From: Pseudomonadota bacterium
GTDB lineage: Bacteria; Pseudomonadota; Gammaproteobacteria; Burkholderiales; Rhodocyclaceae
Reading direction: 5' to 3'
DNA length: 64,000 bases
Assembly (NCBI GenBank): GCA_043826925.1
Contig: JBDRPN010000002.1
Location: 23,840-87,839 of the forward strand
Shown here: positions 29,237 through 39,000 of the stretch, one piece after another
Numbering within the stretch: position 1 is the stretch's first letter
Layout of the letters: every line of letters begins with the position of its first letter
Notes under the pieces: generated by a model
What the model was told of the DNA's origin: nothing
Databases searched by the model: none
Seen by the model: the letters and a program-made list of their open reading frames with translations, nothing else
Translations under genes and position numbers: made by a program

Positions 29237-29623
29237 ATGGGATTTGGTTCTTTGTTCGGAGGGCTGTTCGGCAAGCAGTCGGGGGCGAACTACGACAGCC
29301 TCTCTGTTGCCGAACTGACGGAACGCATCGCAGGCAAGCAGGAGCGCGCCGAGGAGATTCGTAATTTGCTGCTGCGCGCGGGAGGCGATCAGGCGGCCAG
29401 CGACAAGTCCCGCGACTGGTTGCTCAAGATGGAGCAAGCTGCCAGCGAGGCGGAAAAAAAGATGGACCTGGCTCTGCAGTCGAAAATCAAGGCCGAGATC
29501 GCCGAAGCGCAAAAACGTCGGAGAAAGATCGAAGAAGGCGCCAAAGGAATGAACGAGGAATTGCTTGCGGTCGAAGACGAGATTGAACTCCTGACGCGAG
29601 CACTGGATAGCAAACAGAAATAG
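29237..29623 (+). CDS. Hypothetical all-helical coiled-coil protein (128 aa)
   Basis: SD GGAGG then ATG; N-terminal GFGSLFGGLFG, charged heptad-rich remainder. Confidence 0.7.
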   Translation: MGFGSLFGGLFGKQSGANYDSLSVAELTERIAGKQERAEEIRNLLLRAGGDQAASDKSRDWLLKMEQAASEAEKKMDLALQSKIKAEIAEAQKRRRKIEEGAKGMNEELLAVEDEIELLTRALDSKQK

Positions 29624-29773
29624 CAGGGGCCAATCGGCTTCTCGATGCGGCGCCGATCAAACGCATTCCTGGCGTCGCCGTATTTGCGCGCAGGCCATGG
29701 CGCAATGGTCGCCCCAATTTCGCTGCTTCTCCCTGCCGCCGATGCTTCAGGAGCCCCGCCCTCCCTGAAGGAT

Positions 29774-30409
29774 CTACCTGATGATCTGGTGCTGGATGGC
29801 GTACTGCGTCAGGCCGGCATTGGTGTCTATGCCCATCTTGTGCAAGATGCGGGCACGGTAGGTACTGATGGTGTTCGGGCTGCGCGACAGTCCTTCGGCG
29901 ATCTCCGAGACCGATTTGCCGGCGGCCAGCAGGCACAGCACCTGGTACTCGCGATCGGAAAGCCGCTCGTGCGGCAGCACCTCGCGGCGGCCGCTGACAT
30001 CCAGCGCCAGCCATTCGGCCAGCGAAGCGCTGATGTACTTCTTGCCGCGACGCAGGGTGGCGACGGCCTTGAGCAGTTCTTCCGGGGCGGCTTCCTTGCT
30101 CAGATAACCACTGGCGCCGAGTTTCAACGCGCGTACCGCCATGTGTTCCTCAGGCTGGATGCTCATGATCAGCACCGGCACCTCCGGTCTGCGCCGAATG
30201 GACTCCTGCAGCACCACCAGGCCATTTTGATCCGGAAGGTTCAGGTCGAGGATCACCAGGTCGATCATTAACTCGTTCTTGCGCAGGAGATCGATTGCTG
30301 CCGCCGCATTGACGGCTTCGGCGCAAATTTCGAGCTCGGGGTCGGTCATCAGCATGAGGCGGATTCCCTGGCGTACGACAGGATGGTCATCGACCAGCAG
30401 GATCTTCAT
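29774..30409 (-). CDS. NarL/FixJ-family response regulator (RR2)
   Basis: LLVDDHPVVRQG, LDLNLPD, GYLSK; LuxR HTH LSDREYQVL...SPNTISTYR. Confidence 0.93.
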   Translation of the reverse strand: MKILLVDDHPVVRQGIRLMLMTDPELEICAEAVNAAAAIDLLRKNELMIDLVILDLNLPDQNGLVVLQESIRRRPEVPVLIMSIQPEEHMAVRALKLGASGYLSKEAAPEELLKAVATLRRGKKYISASLAEWLALDVSGRREVLPHERLSDREYQVLCLLAAGKSVSEIAEGLSRSPNTISTYRARILHKMGIDTNAGLTQYAIQHQIIR

Positions 30410-31839
30410 GGTGTTTGCTCCGTAGATAGGCGCGCGCCGGTGCGGCCGCGGGGAATCATGATGTGAATGCGTGTGCCGCTCGGGTTTGCAGTGCCGTTCG
30501 CAGGCTCGATGTCGACGCGCCCGCCCCAGCTTTCCACTCGCTCGCGAATGCCCAGGAGGCCCAGCGCCGGCCTGTTCTGGTCGCGTGGCTGCATGCCGCG
30601 GCCATTATCCTTGACTTCCAGGTGAATGGTGTCGTCGGTTGCCTCGAGGATTATATCGACGCGGCTGGCGTGGGCGTGACGCGATACATTGGTCAGCAAT
30701 TCCTGGCACACGCGGAACAGGTCGGTCGCCATTTCGGGCGCAATGTCGATTGCTTCATCCGGCAGGTCAACACCGCAACGGATACCCATGCGACGGGAAA
30801 AATCCTGGGCCTGCCATTCGATCGCCGCGACCAGTCCGAGCGAATCGAGCAGGCTGGGGCGCAAATCCCACGAGATGCTGCGCACCACCTTGATCAATTC
30901 ATCGACCTGGGCAGCGATGCCGTTACCCGCCTTGCCGGCATCGAGTCGGGCTATCGCGAACTTCAGCGCTGTCAGGCGCTGGCCGAGCTCGTCGTGAATC
31001 TCGTGCGAGATTCGGGTGCGTTCCTCCTCGCGCACCGCGCGCATGCGTGCCGAAAGCGAGCGCAGGTTCTCGACCGTCTGCTCCAGCTGCTGCGCATGAT
31101 CGCGTTCCAGCCGATCGTGGCGAATGATGGCGTCGAGCATCAGATCGAAAGCATCGGCCAGTTGCCCGACTTCGTCGGTGAATCCGGCCGTCGATTGCCG
31201 CACATCCTCAAGGCGGGCGTTGCGACTGGCTTGCTGCGCAATCGTGGTGGTGGCCCGGATCAGGCCGTCCAGCGGCGCGACTATCGATTTGACGATACGG
31301 CGAAACACGATCTGCCCCAGCAGGAAGGCAGCGACCAGCAGAATCACGGTGGCGATGCAGATTCTGACGAATTCAAACACCTCGAAGCGCAGGTCCAGTG
31401 CCAGCAGCAACTGACCACGTTCTATACCCTGGTGCGAAATCGGCGCGCGCACGACCAGGCTGAAGAGTTCCATGCGTTCCCGCTGGTCGGCGAGGCCGGC
31501 CAGAACGTCTGGCAGATCCACGGGGGTGGCGCCAAAGCGTATCGCCGATAGTGGCAGGTCGATGGCGGTCGGCACGATGGCCGCCCAATGCAAACCCTCC
31601 AGGCCCTTCAGCGACTCCAGGTTTTCCTGCAGCACCTGACTGTCGCCGAACATTAGTGCGGCCGAACTCTGGGTGGCCAGTATGCCGGCCGCCGCGTGGG
31701 CCGATTCGCGAACCTCTGCGCGCTCGGAAACAAAGATATAGAACAATCCGCCCAGCCCGACCACCAGCAGCAAGCTGCCGAGCATAAGCTTGTACGCCAG
31801 CATCAGGCGACTGTGAATGGTTTGACGGCGGCTGAACAT
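30406..31839 (-). CDS. HAMP HisKA_3 sensor kinase with periplasmic sensor domain (HK2)
   Basis: Two TMs, HAMP (DEVGQLADAFDLM), H-box SHEIHDELGQ, FRVCQELLTNVSRHA, DNGRG, GLLGIRER; start trimmed to ATG 31839. Confidence 0.9.
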   Translation of the reverse strand: MFSRRQTIHSRLMLAYKLMLGSLLLVVGLGGLFYIFVSERAEVRESAHAAAGILATQSSAALMFGDSQVLQENLESLKGLEGLHWAAIVPTAIDLPLSAIRFGATPVDLPDVLAGLADQRERMELFSLVVRAPISHQGIERGQLLLALDLRFEVFEFVRICIATVILLVAAFLLGQIVFRRIVKSIVAPLDGLIRATTTIAQQASRNARLEDVRQSTAGFTDEVGQLADAFDLMLDAIIRHDRLERDHAQQLEQTVENLRSLSARMRAVREEERTRISHEIHDELGQRLTALKFAIARLDAGKAGNGIAAQVDELIKVVRSISWDLRPSLLDSLGLVAAIEWQAQDFSRRMGIRCGVDLPDEAIDIAPEMATDLFRVCQELLTNVSRHAHASRVDIILEATDDTIHLEVKDNGRGMQPRDQNRPALGLLGIRERVESWGGRVDIEPANGTANPSGTRIHIMIPRGRTGARLSTEQTP

Positions 31840-32402
31840 CAATGCGCCGGCTGTGCCGGTTGCGCCAGGCTGAGCACGGCGCCGAGGATCGGCGCCAGGC
31901 AAAGCGAAAGGTTTTTGCGCCAAATCATCGGAAACCCACTCGGTATGGCATGAGCGCATCTTGCTACAGGACGCTTGACGCGTTAATCATGTTTAGCAAA
32001 GACAAACGCAGATAATTCTGTGACACTGACGTAGTTATTAGACTACTTTAATGCAGTGCTTGCGAAACAGCCGTTCCGTTGGAGGGGCGGATTTCGATTT
32101 GCCATGGCCGGCTGACGCCGGCCTCGCACGGGGCCGAGCACTTGTGAAGCAGACTTTCCAGCCGTGCAAGGCGCAGGGGAGGCTTGGGGCGATGCGGCAG
32201 CCGGTCTGGATTGGGGAGTTCGGCATTCCACGCACAAGGGGTGCGTTTGAAGTGGGCATCAGGTTTACCCTATGGCATTTAAGTGATTCCTGATTGCGGT
32301 GCTAGTTGATGCTTGTCAGCATGTCACCGAAACACGCCGCATTAATAGTGATACAACTACACGACCACAAGAATGTCAGCCCTTACCTTGAAAATTGCTC
32401 AA

Positions 32403-32891
32403 ATGCGAAACAGGGCCTCTTCCGGTTTTAGCCTGGTTGAACTGATCGTCGTTGTGGCGATTATCGGCATCCTCGTCGCGATTGCCGTTCCCAGTTACAA
32501 CCAATACTTGATCCGTTCCAACAAGGCGGCCGCCAAGGCTGTGCTGATGGAGATTGCCAGTCGCCAGGAGCAGTACGTTGTACAGAATCGGGGCTATTTT
32601 CTCAATTGCACCGCCGCCTGCCCTGCGGATCCGAGCACTTTGCCGACTGCCGACTGCACGGCAAGCTCGACGACGATGTTCTCGGCACTGGGCGTCACCT
32701 TGCCGCAGGAGGCCCTGGCGGCCTACAACTTTGCCATTTGCGCGCCGACGACGACGGCGACCAACGTCAATCTCGCCAGCATGCCGACCTTCCAGGCGAC
32801 GGCGATCGCACGCAGCGACACGATTCAGGTCGGCGAGGCCACGCTGTATGTCAATCAGTTCGGCCTGCGCATGCCGCTGGCGCAATGGTGA
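32403..32891 (+). CDS. pilE: PilE-type type IV minor pilin (cassette 2)
   Basis: G-FSLVELIVVVAIIGILVAIAVPSY, AAAKAVLMEIASRQEQY; start 32373 or 32403. Confidence 0.87.
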   Translation: MRNRASSGFSLVELIVVVAIIGILVAIAVPSYNQYLIRSNKAAAKAVLMEIASRQEQYVVQNRGYFLNCTAACPADPSTLPTADCTASSTTMFSALGVTLPQEALAAYNFAICAPTTTATNVNLASMPTFQATAIARSDTIQVGEATLYVNQFGLRMPLAQW

Positions 32892-32898
32892 CGCGGCC

Positions 32899-33468
32899 AT
32901 GAACCCGATCAACTACGCCCCGATCGCGCAGTTGCCCCCGCAGTTGCCCCAGCGGCGCGCAGACGCCGGCTTCACGCTGATCGAAGTGCTGGTGGTGACC
33001 GCCATCATGGGCATCCTGCTGGCCATCGGCATGCCCGGCCTGCGCAGCCTGATGGATAACCAGAAGATGAAAAGCGCCACCTTCGACCTGGTGACGACGG
33101 TCATGCAGGCGCGTAGCGAGGCCGTCAAGTACGGGACCACGTCGGGCGCATCGATTTCGATCGTGGCGCAGAGCGGCAACTACAACAATGGCTGGTGCAT
33201 AGTATTCACCAGTAGTTCCACTTGCAGCGTCAGCGCTCCTGGGGGCGACGTCATGCGCGTCAATGCCGCAACGGCGAACGTCACCTATACCGTGTTTTCG
33301 TGCAGCGCCACGCCCTGCGTCATCACCTTCGGGCGCACCGGGCGTCTGAGCTCCGGCAGCGCGGTCAAGATCCGGGTGGATAACGACGACGCGAGCAACC
33401 TGCTGACCCGCTGCGTGACGATCGATACGGCGGGCAATGCCAGCACCAAGGTGGGGGTCTGCACATGA
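32899..33468 (+). CDS. fimT: FimT/FimU-family minor pilin (cassette 2)
   Basis: G-FTLIEVLVV; MQARSEAVK; NYNNGWCI; ITFGRTG. Confidence 0.87.
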   Translation: MNPINYAPIAQLPPQLPQRRADAGFTLIEVLVVTAIMGILLAIGMPGLRSLMDNQKMKSATFDLVTTVMQARSEAVKYGTTSGASISIVAQSGNYNNGWCIVFTSSSTCSVSAPGGDVMRVNAATANVTYTVFSCSATPCVITFGRTGRLSSGSAVKIRVDNDDASNLLTRCVTIDTAGNASTKVGVCT

Positions 33469-34103
33469 CGCGCATAACCATATTGGCGAAGCATCGCGGC
33501 TATTCGTTGCTCGAAGTGCTGATCACCATGTTCGTGATCGCGGTCGGACTGCTCGGTCTGGTCGGATTGCAGGCTCGTGCGCTTACCGCCGAGGTCGAAT
33601 CCGCCTCGCGCGGGCAGGCGCTGATGCTGGTCAACGAAATGGCCGATCGCATGGAATCCAACCTGGCCCAGCTCAAGGCGCCCGCCGGCAGCGCCACCTA
33701 CGATCAGCGCAGCGGCGGCAGCAAGATCGTGTTCGGCACTGGATACACGAACTCATGCGTGACCGGCAACCCGTCCGATCTCGGCGATCAGGCCGAGTGC
33801 TGCAAGACCACGGCGCAGGGCGGCACGAAGAACTCGGTTGCCGAAAGCGATATCTGCGAGTGGGACCTGGCGCTCAAGGGCATTGGCGAAACTACCGGCG
33901 GCGCATCCAAGGTCGGCGGCCTGGCAGGTGCCCGTGGCTGCATCTTCCTGCAGGCCACCAGCGTCTATGAAATCAACGTCGTCTGGCAAGGCCGCGACGC
34001 CACCGGCGCCGTGGCCTCCGACCTGACTTGCGGCGACACGGCAATCACCGCGGGACGGCGCGGAATCAGCCGGCGTATCTGGGTTGCGGATCTCAGTGGA
34101 TGA
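33465..34103 (+). CDS. pilV: PilV (cassette 2)
   Basis: G-YSLLEVLITMFVIAVGLLGLVGLQ; EMADRMESN; DICEWDLAL; INVVWQG. Confidence 0.87.
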   Translation: MTRITILAKHRGYSLLEVLITMFVIAVGLLGLVGLQARALTAEVESASRGQALMLVNEMADRMESNLAQLKAPAGSATYDQRSGGSKIVFGTGYTNSCVTGNPSDLGDQAECCKTTAQGGTKNSVAESDICEWDLALKGIGETTGGASKVGGLAGARGCIFLQATSVYEINVVWQGRDATGAVASDLTCGDTAITAGRRGISRRIWVADLSG

Positions 34104-34107
34104 AACG

Positions 34108-35493
34108 ATGAGCATCATGTGCGGATCGAATAGCGGACAGGCCGACACGCGGCGCCGGGTCGCCAGCGCCAACTTTCATGCGGGCGCACAAGCCGGCTTC
34201 ACGCTCGCCGAAGTGCTGGTGGCGATGGGCATTGCCATGGTGCTGCTGTCGGCGCTGGCAGGGCTCTTCGCCTCGACCGTAACCACCCGTCAGCAAGTGG
34301 ACCGCGAGGGCCAGAAGATTGAAAACGCGCGCTTCTCGATCGAGACCATGGCCGAGGACATCCGGCTGGCGGGATTCTGGGGTAACTACACGCCGGCCGG
34401 GCGCTGGAATTCGGTGCAATGGCAAGCCGTGTCGGCCCTGGAAGATGCCGGCAGCGGATGCACCGCCGCGGCCCTGACCCAGGGTTGGACCAATCTGGGC
34501 ACCGGCACCGTGAGGCTACCCGTGCCGATACTCGGATTCGAGGCGCACGACGACGGCGGCGCCACCCAGACCATCGACGACGAGATCACCGACTGCCTGC
34601 CGAACTATCTGGCGGGCACCGACGTCCTGGTGATCCGGCGCGCCAAGACGGCGGCCGTCACGGCCGAGGCCATCGCCGGCACGCTCAATGCCGCCAAGAC
34701 CTACCTGCAGGTGTCCGCATGTTCAACCGAACTCGGGACCAACGACTTTACGGTGACGACCGGCAGCACCTCGCCCGCCGGTCTGATGCGCCTGGGCTGT
34801 TCCGCGCTTGCCGCCGACCGCGCCCCGGTCTGGGAGCTGATCACCCGCATCTACTACGTCGCCTCGGAAAACGAGTCCGGCGACAACATTCCGACCCTGA
34901 AAATGATCGACACCAGTGCCGGTGCCACCACGCCGGTCACCATCGCGCCGCACGTGGTGGACTTGCATCTGGAATACGGCATCGACCCCTCGGGTTACCA
35001 GTGGACGGCGAACACGGTGGTCCTCGCCGGTGCCGGTCGCAGGAACCTCGATCGCCTCTACGTCACGGCGGCAGGCGGAACCACCGGCATCGCCGCGCCC
35101 ACGCACACCAGCGGCACGGTGTCCGATGGCGGCGTCAGCTGGACCCCTTATGCGCTGATCGAGGGTTCGATCGATGCCTACGGCCGCTCGACCATCGATC
35201 CGGAGCGCCTGATGCCGAACGGTTCGACCACCGGTACGGCCTTGACCGACCCCTGGGGAGGCGCCACCAATTGGCAGGACGTCATGTCGATCAAATTGTG
35301 GGTGGTGGTGCGCGACCCCGAGGCGACCAGGAATTACACGAACAACAAGGAATTCGTGCTCGGGTCGATCTCCGTGCCGGCGGCGACCTTGAATGCCCGG
35401 GGCGTGAATGGCGGCAGCTACCGCTACAAGTCGTCCGGATCAACCATCAAGGTGGTCAACATGGCCGGACGCAGGGAGGATGTGGTGCCATGA
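34108..35493 (+). CDS. pilW: PilW (cassette 2) with an internal insertion
   Basis: G-FTLAEVLVAM; ENARFSIETMAEDIRLAG; GTDVLVIRRA; LHLEYGID; IKLWVVVR. Confidence 0.87.
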   Translation: MSIMCGSNSGQADTRRRVASANFHAGAQAGFTLAEVLVAMGIAMVLLSALAGLFASTVTTRQQVDREGQKIENARFSIETMAEDIRLAGFWGNYTPAGRWNSVQWQAVSALEDAGSGCTAAALTQGWTNLGTGTVRLPVPILGFEAHDDGGATQTIDDEITDCLPNYLAGTDVLVIRRAKTAAVTAEAIAGTLNAAKTYLQVSACSTELGTNDFTVTTGSTSPAGLMRLGCSALAADRAPVWELITRIYYVASENESGDNIPTLKMIDTSAGATTPVTIAPHVVDLHLEYGIDPSGYQWTANTVVLAGAGRRNLDRLYVTAAGGTTGIAAPTHTSGTVSDGGVSWTPYALIEGSIDAYGRSTIDPERLMPNGSTTGTALTDPWGGATNWQDVMSIKLWVVVRDPEATRNYTNNKEFVLGSISVPAATLNARGVNGGSYRYKSSGSTIKVVNMAGRREDVVP

Positions 35494-36041
35494 AATCAAT
35501 CCCATTCCGCATAGCGCCGCGGCGGCCTGCCGCGCAGCGTGGTTCGGTGCTGCTGTTGAGCCTGTTCATGCTGATGGTGATGACCCTGCTGGCGCTGTCG
35601 GCCATCAAGATGGGCACTGTGAATTTGCGCACCATCAACAACATGCAAATGCGCAGCGAGGCCATGGGTGCGGCCCAGCATGCCCTCGACCAGGTGATGA
35701 GCACCAATTTCACCGACGACGTCGCCGGCACGGAGCGCGCCTGGACCGTGGCGGTCGATGCCGGCAAAACCTACAACGTCGCGGTGGCCCGCCCCTGCAT
35801 CCGCCAGGTGACGCCGATCATGAACACCGTGCTGGACATCGGCAACAGCGAAGACCTGAAATGCTACGACACGATTTCCAACCCGGTATCCGCCTGTTCC
35901 ACCACGGTCTGGGAGATCACCGCCACCGTCAGTGAAGGCTGGTTCGGCGCCAACGTCGCGATCACCCAGGGCACCGGCATCCGCATGGACAACGGCGCGG
36001 CGACTGTGTACTCCAACGATTCTTCCTATCGTTGCTCATGA
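35490..36041 (+). CDS. pilX: PilX (cassette 2)
   Basis: QRG-SVLLLSLFMLMVMTLLAL; ATGA overlap with pilW. Confidence 0.85.
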   Translation: MKSIPFRIAPRRPAAQRGSVLLLSLFMLMVMTLLALSAIKMGTVNLRTINNMQMRSEAMGAAQHALDQVMSTNFTDDVAGTERAWTVAVDAGKTYNVAVARPCIRQVTPIMNTVLDIGNSEDLKCYDTISNPVSACSTTVWEITATVSEGWFGANVAITQGTGIRMDNGAATVYSNDSSYRCS

Positions 36042-36057
36042 AGTCGGAGCTCATATC

Positions 36058-39000
36058 ATGAACATTCCCCAATCCCTGCGCCACGGCGTCATCGCCGTGG
36101 CTGCCACCGTCGGTCTCGGGATGATGACCCCCTCGCTGGCGGAAGACATCGATCTCTATGTCGGCGGCGAAGCCGCCACCGGATCCCAGGCCAATGTGCT
36201 GATCGTGCTCGACAACTCGACCAACTGGGCCGCGGCCAATCAGGGCTGGCTTCCTTCCGGCACCAAGCAGGGCGAAGCGGAACTTCAAGCCCTTTCTGAA
36301 ATCCTGTCCACCCTGGGCGATAACATCAATGTCGGCTTGCTGATGGCGGCGGGCTCCAACGGCGGCTACGTGCGCTTCGGCGTGCGCGAGATGAGCGGCA
36401 CAAACAAGACCGCCTTCACCGGCATGCTCAACAACATGGTCGCCACCTTCGGCGGCGACGGCGACAACGACGACAAGGTCAATACCGCCTCCATCGTCTA
36501 TGACAGCATGTTGAATGCGGCCTACCGCTATTTCAACGGCTTTGCCCGTTTCGGTACCACCGACCTGCCCAGCGGCAGTGTGCTTGACCTGCGCGATTAC
36601 ACCGGCAGCACGGTCAATACCACCAAACAGCCGGCCGGCGCGCTGGCCGGCAATTCCCTGGCCACCTCCACCTCCACCACCTATCTGCCGCCCGGCACCG
36701 CCAACGATGGCTGCGCCAAGAACTTCATCATTTTCATTGGCAACGGCTATCCGAACCAGGCCGGAACCACCACCGATCTGTCGGACGCTGCGGCGCTGGC
36801 CGGAATCACCACAGCGGCCACCGTCAGCGCCATCACCGCCCCGGTCTCCGGCGGCAGCCCGAAGATCGCCGACGAGTGGACGCGCTTCATGTACACCTAC
36901 GGCGTCACGTCCACCGTGGACGACCCGAAGAGCACCAGCAGTCCGAAGGCCAAGCTGATTAACAAGATCGCCACCTACACCATCGATGTCTGCAAGGATG
37001 CCTGCGAAGCCGATCAGGCTACCTTGCTCAAGAGCATGGCCAAGGTCGGCGGCGGCAAGTACTACAAATCCACCAGCAAGCAGGAAATCAAGAATGCGAT
37101 GTCCCTGATCTTCGCCGAGATCCAGGCCGTCAATAGCGTGTTCGCTTCGGCCACGCTGCCGATTTCGGTGAATACCCAGGGCACGTTCGAAAACCAGGTG
37201 TATATCGGCGTGTTCCGTCCCGACTCGGGCGCCCGTCCGCGCTGGTTCGGCAACCTCAAGGAATACAAGTTCGGCCGCTACTGCGACGCCGACCGCAACG
37301 ACAAGGTACTGATCGACAACACCCGCGCGCTGGCCAACGGCATGGTGACCGCGACCCTGACCGGCAACGCCACCGGCACGGTGACGGGAAGCTTCAGCGG
37401 CACCCTGACCACGCTGAGCGGCAGCAGTGCAGTGAGCGGAACGGTGGCCGGCACCGTCAGCGGTACCTCGTCGGCCACTCTTGCGGCGACCTTCGGCGGT
37501 TCGCCGGGAACCACCGGCAGTCCCGCGGTCGATGCAGGCAGCGGCACGGTGACCGGAACCATTACCGGAACCGGCACGGGGACCGGCAGTTCGACCTTCA
37601 CCGGCACCTTGAACGGCATCTCCTCACTGTCGGGAAGTTTCACTGCCACCGACGAGCGCATCGGCGACGACGTCCCGGCGCCCAGTTGCGGCTCCGATGC
37701 CTCGGGCGATATCCCCCTCAACCTCTACCTGGGCGACCAGCACGGCTACCGCGCGATCGACGAAGAAGGCAATACCGGCTTCATCGATCTGTCGGCCAAG
37801 AGCTATTGGACGTCCGCTTCGAGCTTCTGGACCGCAACGCCGAATGCGACCGGCGGCGCCAGCGATTCGCCGGACGGACCGGAAGTCGAGCGCGGCGCCG
37901 CGGCGCAGCGCCTGCGCACCGCGTGGGCGACCACGGCGACCTCGCCGCACCCGGACGGGCGCAGGGTGTACACCTGTCTCGGCACCTGCCTGGCTTCCGC
38001 TGCCACCACATCGCAGAAGACGCTGTCGAACAATGCGGTGACCACCAGCAATAGCGAAGTCACGGCCGCGCTGGCCGCGCCCAGCGGCTCGGCGACCGTG
38101 ACCCTGGCCCGTTCCGGCAACACGGTGACGGCCACATCGACCGCGGCGCACGGTTTCGCGGACGGCGCCACGGTCACCATCGCCGGCGCCACGCCGACCG
38201 ACTACAACGGCGCCAAGACCATTACCTTCGTCGATGCCACGCATTTCACCTACACCCTGAACGAGTCCCCGACCACCACCGATACCGCAACGGCGACCAA
38301 GCCCGGCGGCACGGTCACGGTTACCGACATTTCGCTGTCCGGCACCACGGCGGGCACGACCGTGACCGCCACGGTGACGACGAATCCCGCCCATGGCCTT
38401 GCGGCCGGCAATGTGACGACGATTGCGGGGGCCGCCCAGTCCTTCCTCAATGGCTCGCATACCGTGCTTGGCGCACCGGCGGTGACCGGCACCACCTTCG
38501 CCGTCAGCGTGACCTTGCCGGCCAATCCGGCGACGCCGGCGACGACCGCCGGCAGTGCGGTCGCCATCGGCCAGACGGCAACCCACAGCTCGATCAGTTA
38601 TTCCACGGCGGCCTGTACTGCCGGTGCCGCGGCGGGCTGCGCCGTGGTCCTGGCGACTGGAAATCTCGGCAACAAGTTCGTCACCGGCAACACAGTCGTG
38701 GTCTCCAATGCGGCTCCCGATGCCTACAACACCGGAGCCGCCGGGACGACGATCCGCGCCACCGGCACCAGTTGCCCGAACACCGCGACGCTGACCGTCA
38801 CCAACAGCAACAAGAACGCCGTCTACTGCTACACCGTGGCCGCGCAGCCGACGGTCGTGACGCCGGACGGGGGCGCGAGCAAGACGGCGACAAGTCCCGG
38901 CACCTCCTTCCCGGTCGACATCACGCGGACGCTGGGCAGCACCACGGCGACGGTGGTCACCAACCCGGCAGCGGCTCACGCCTTCACTACCGCCGACAGC

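Noticed and set aside
32306-32319. TTGAT-gctt-GTCAG as an FNR-like box upstream of cassette 2
   Set aside because: 8/10 match only, with no mapped promoter; too weak to report as a feature.
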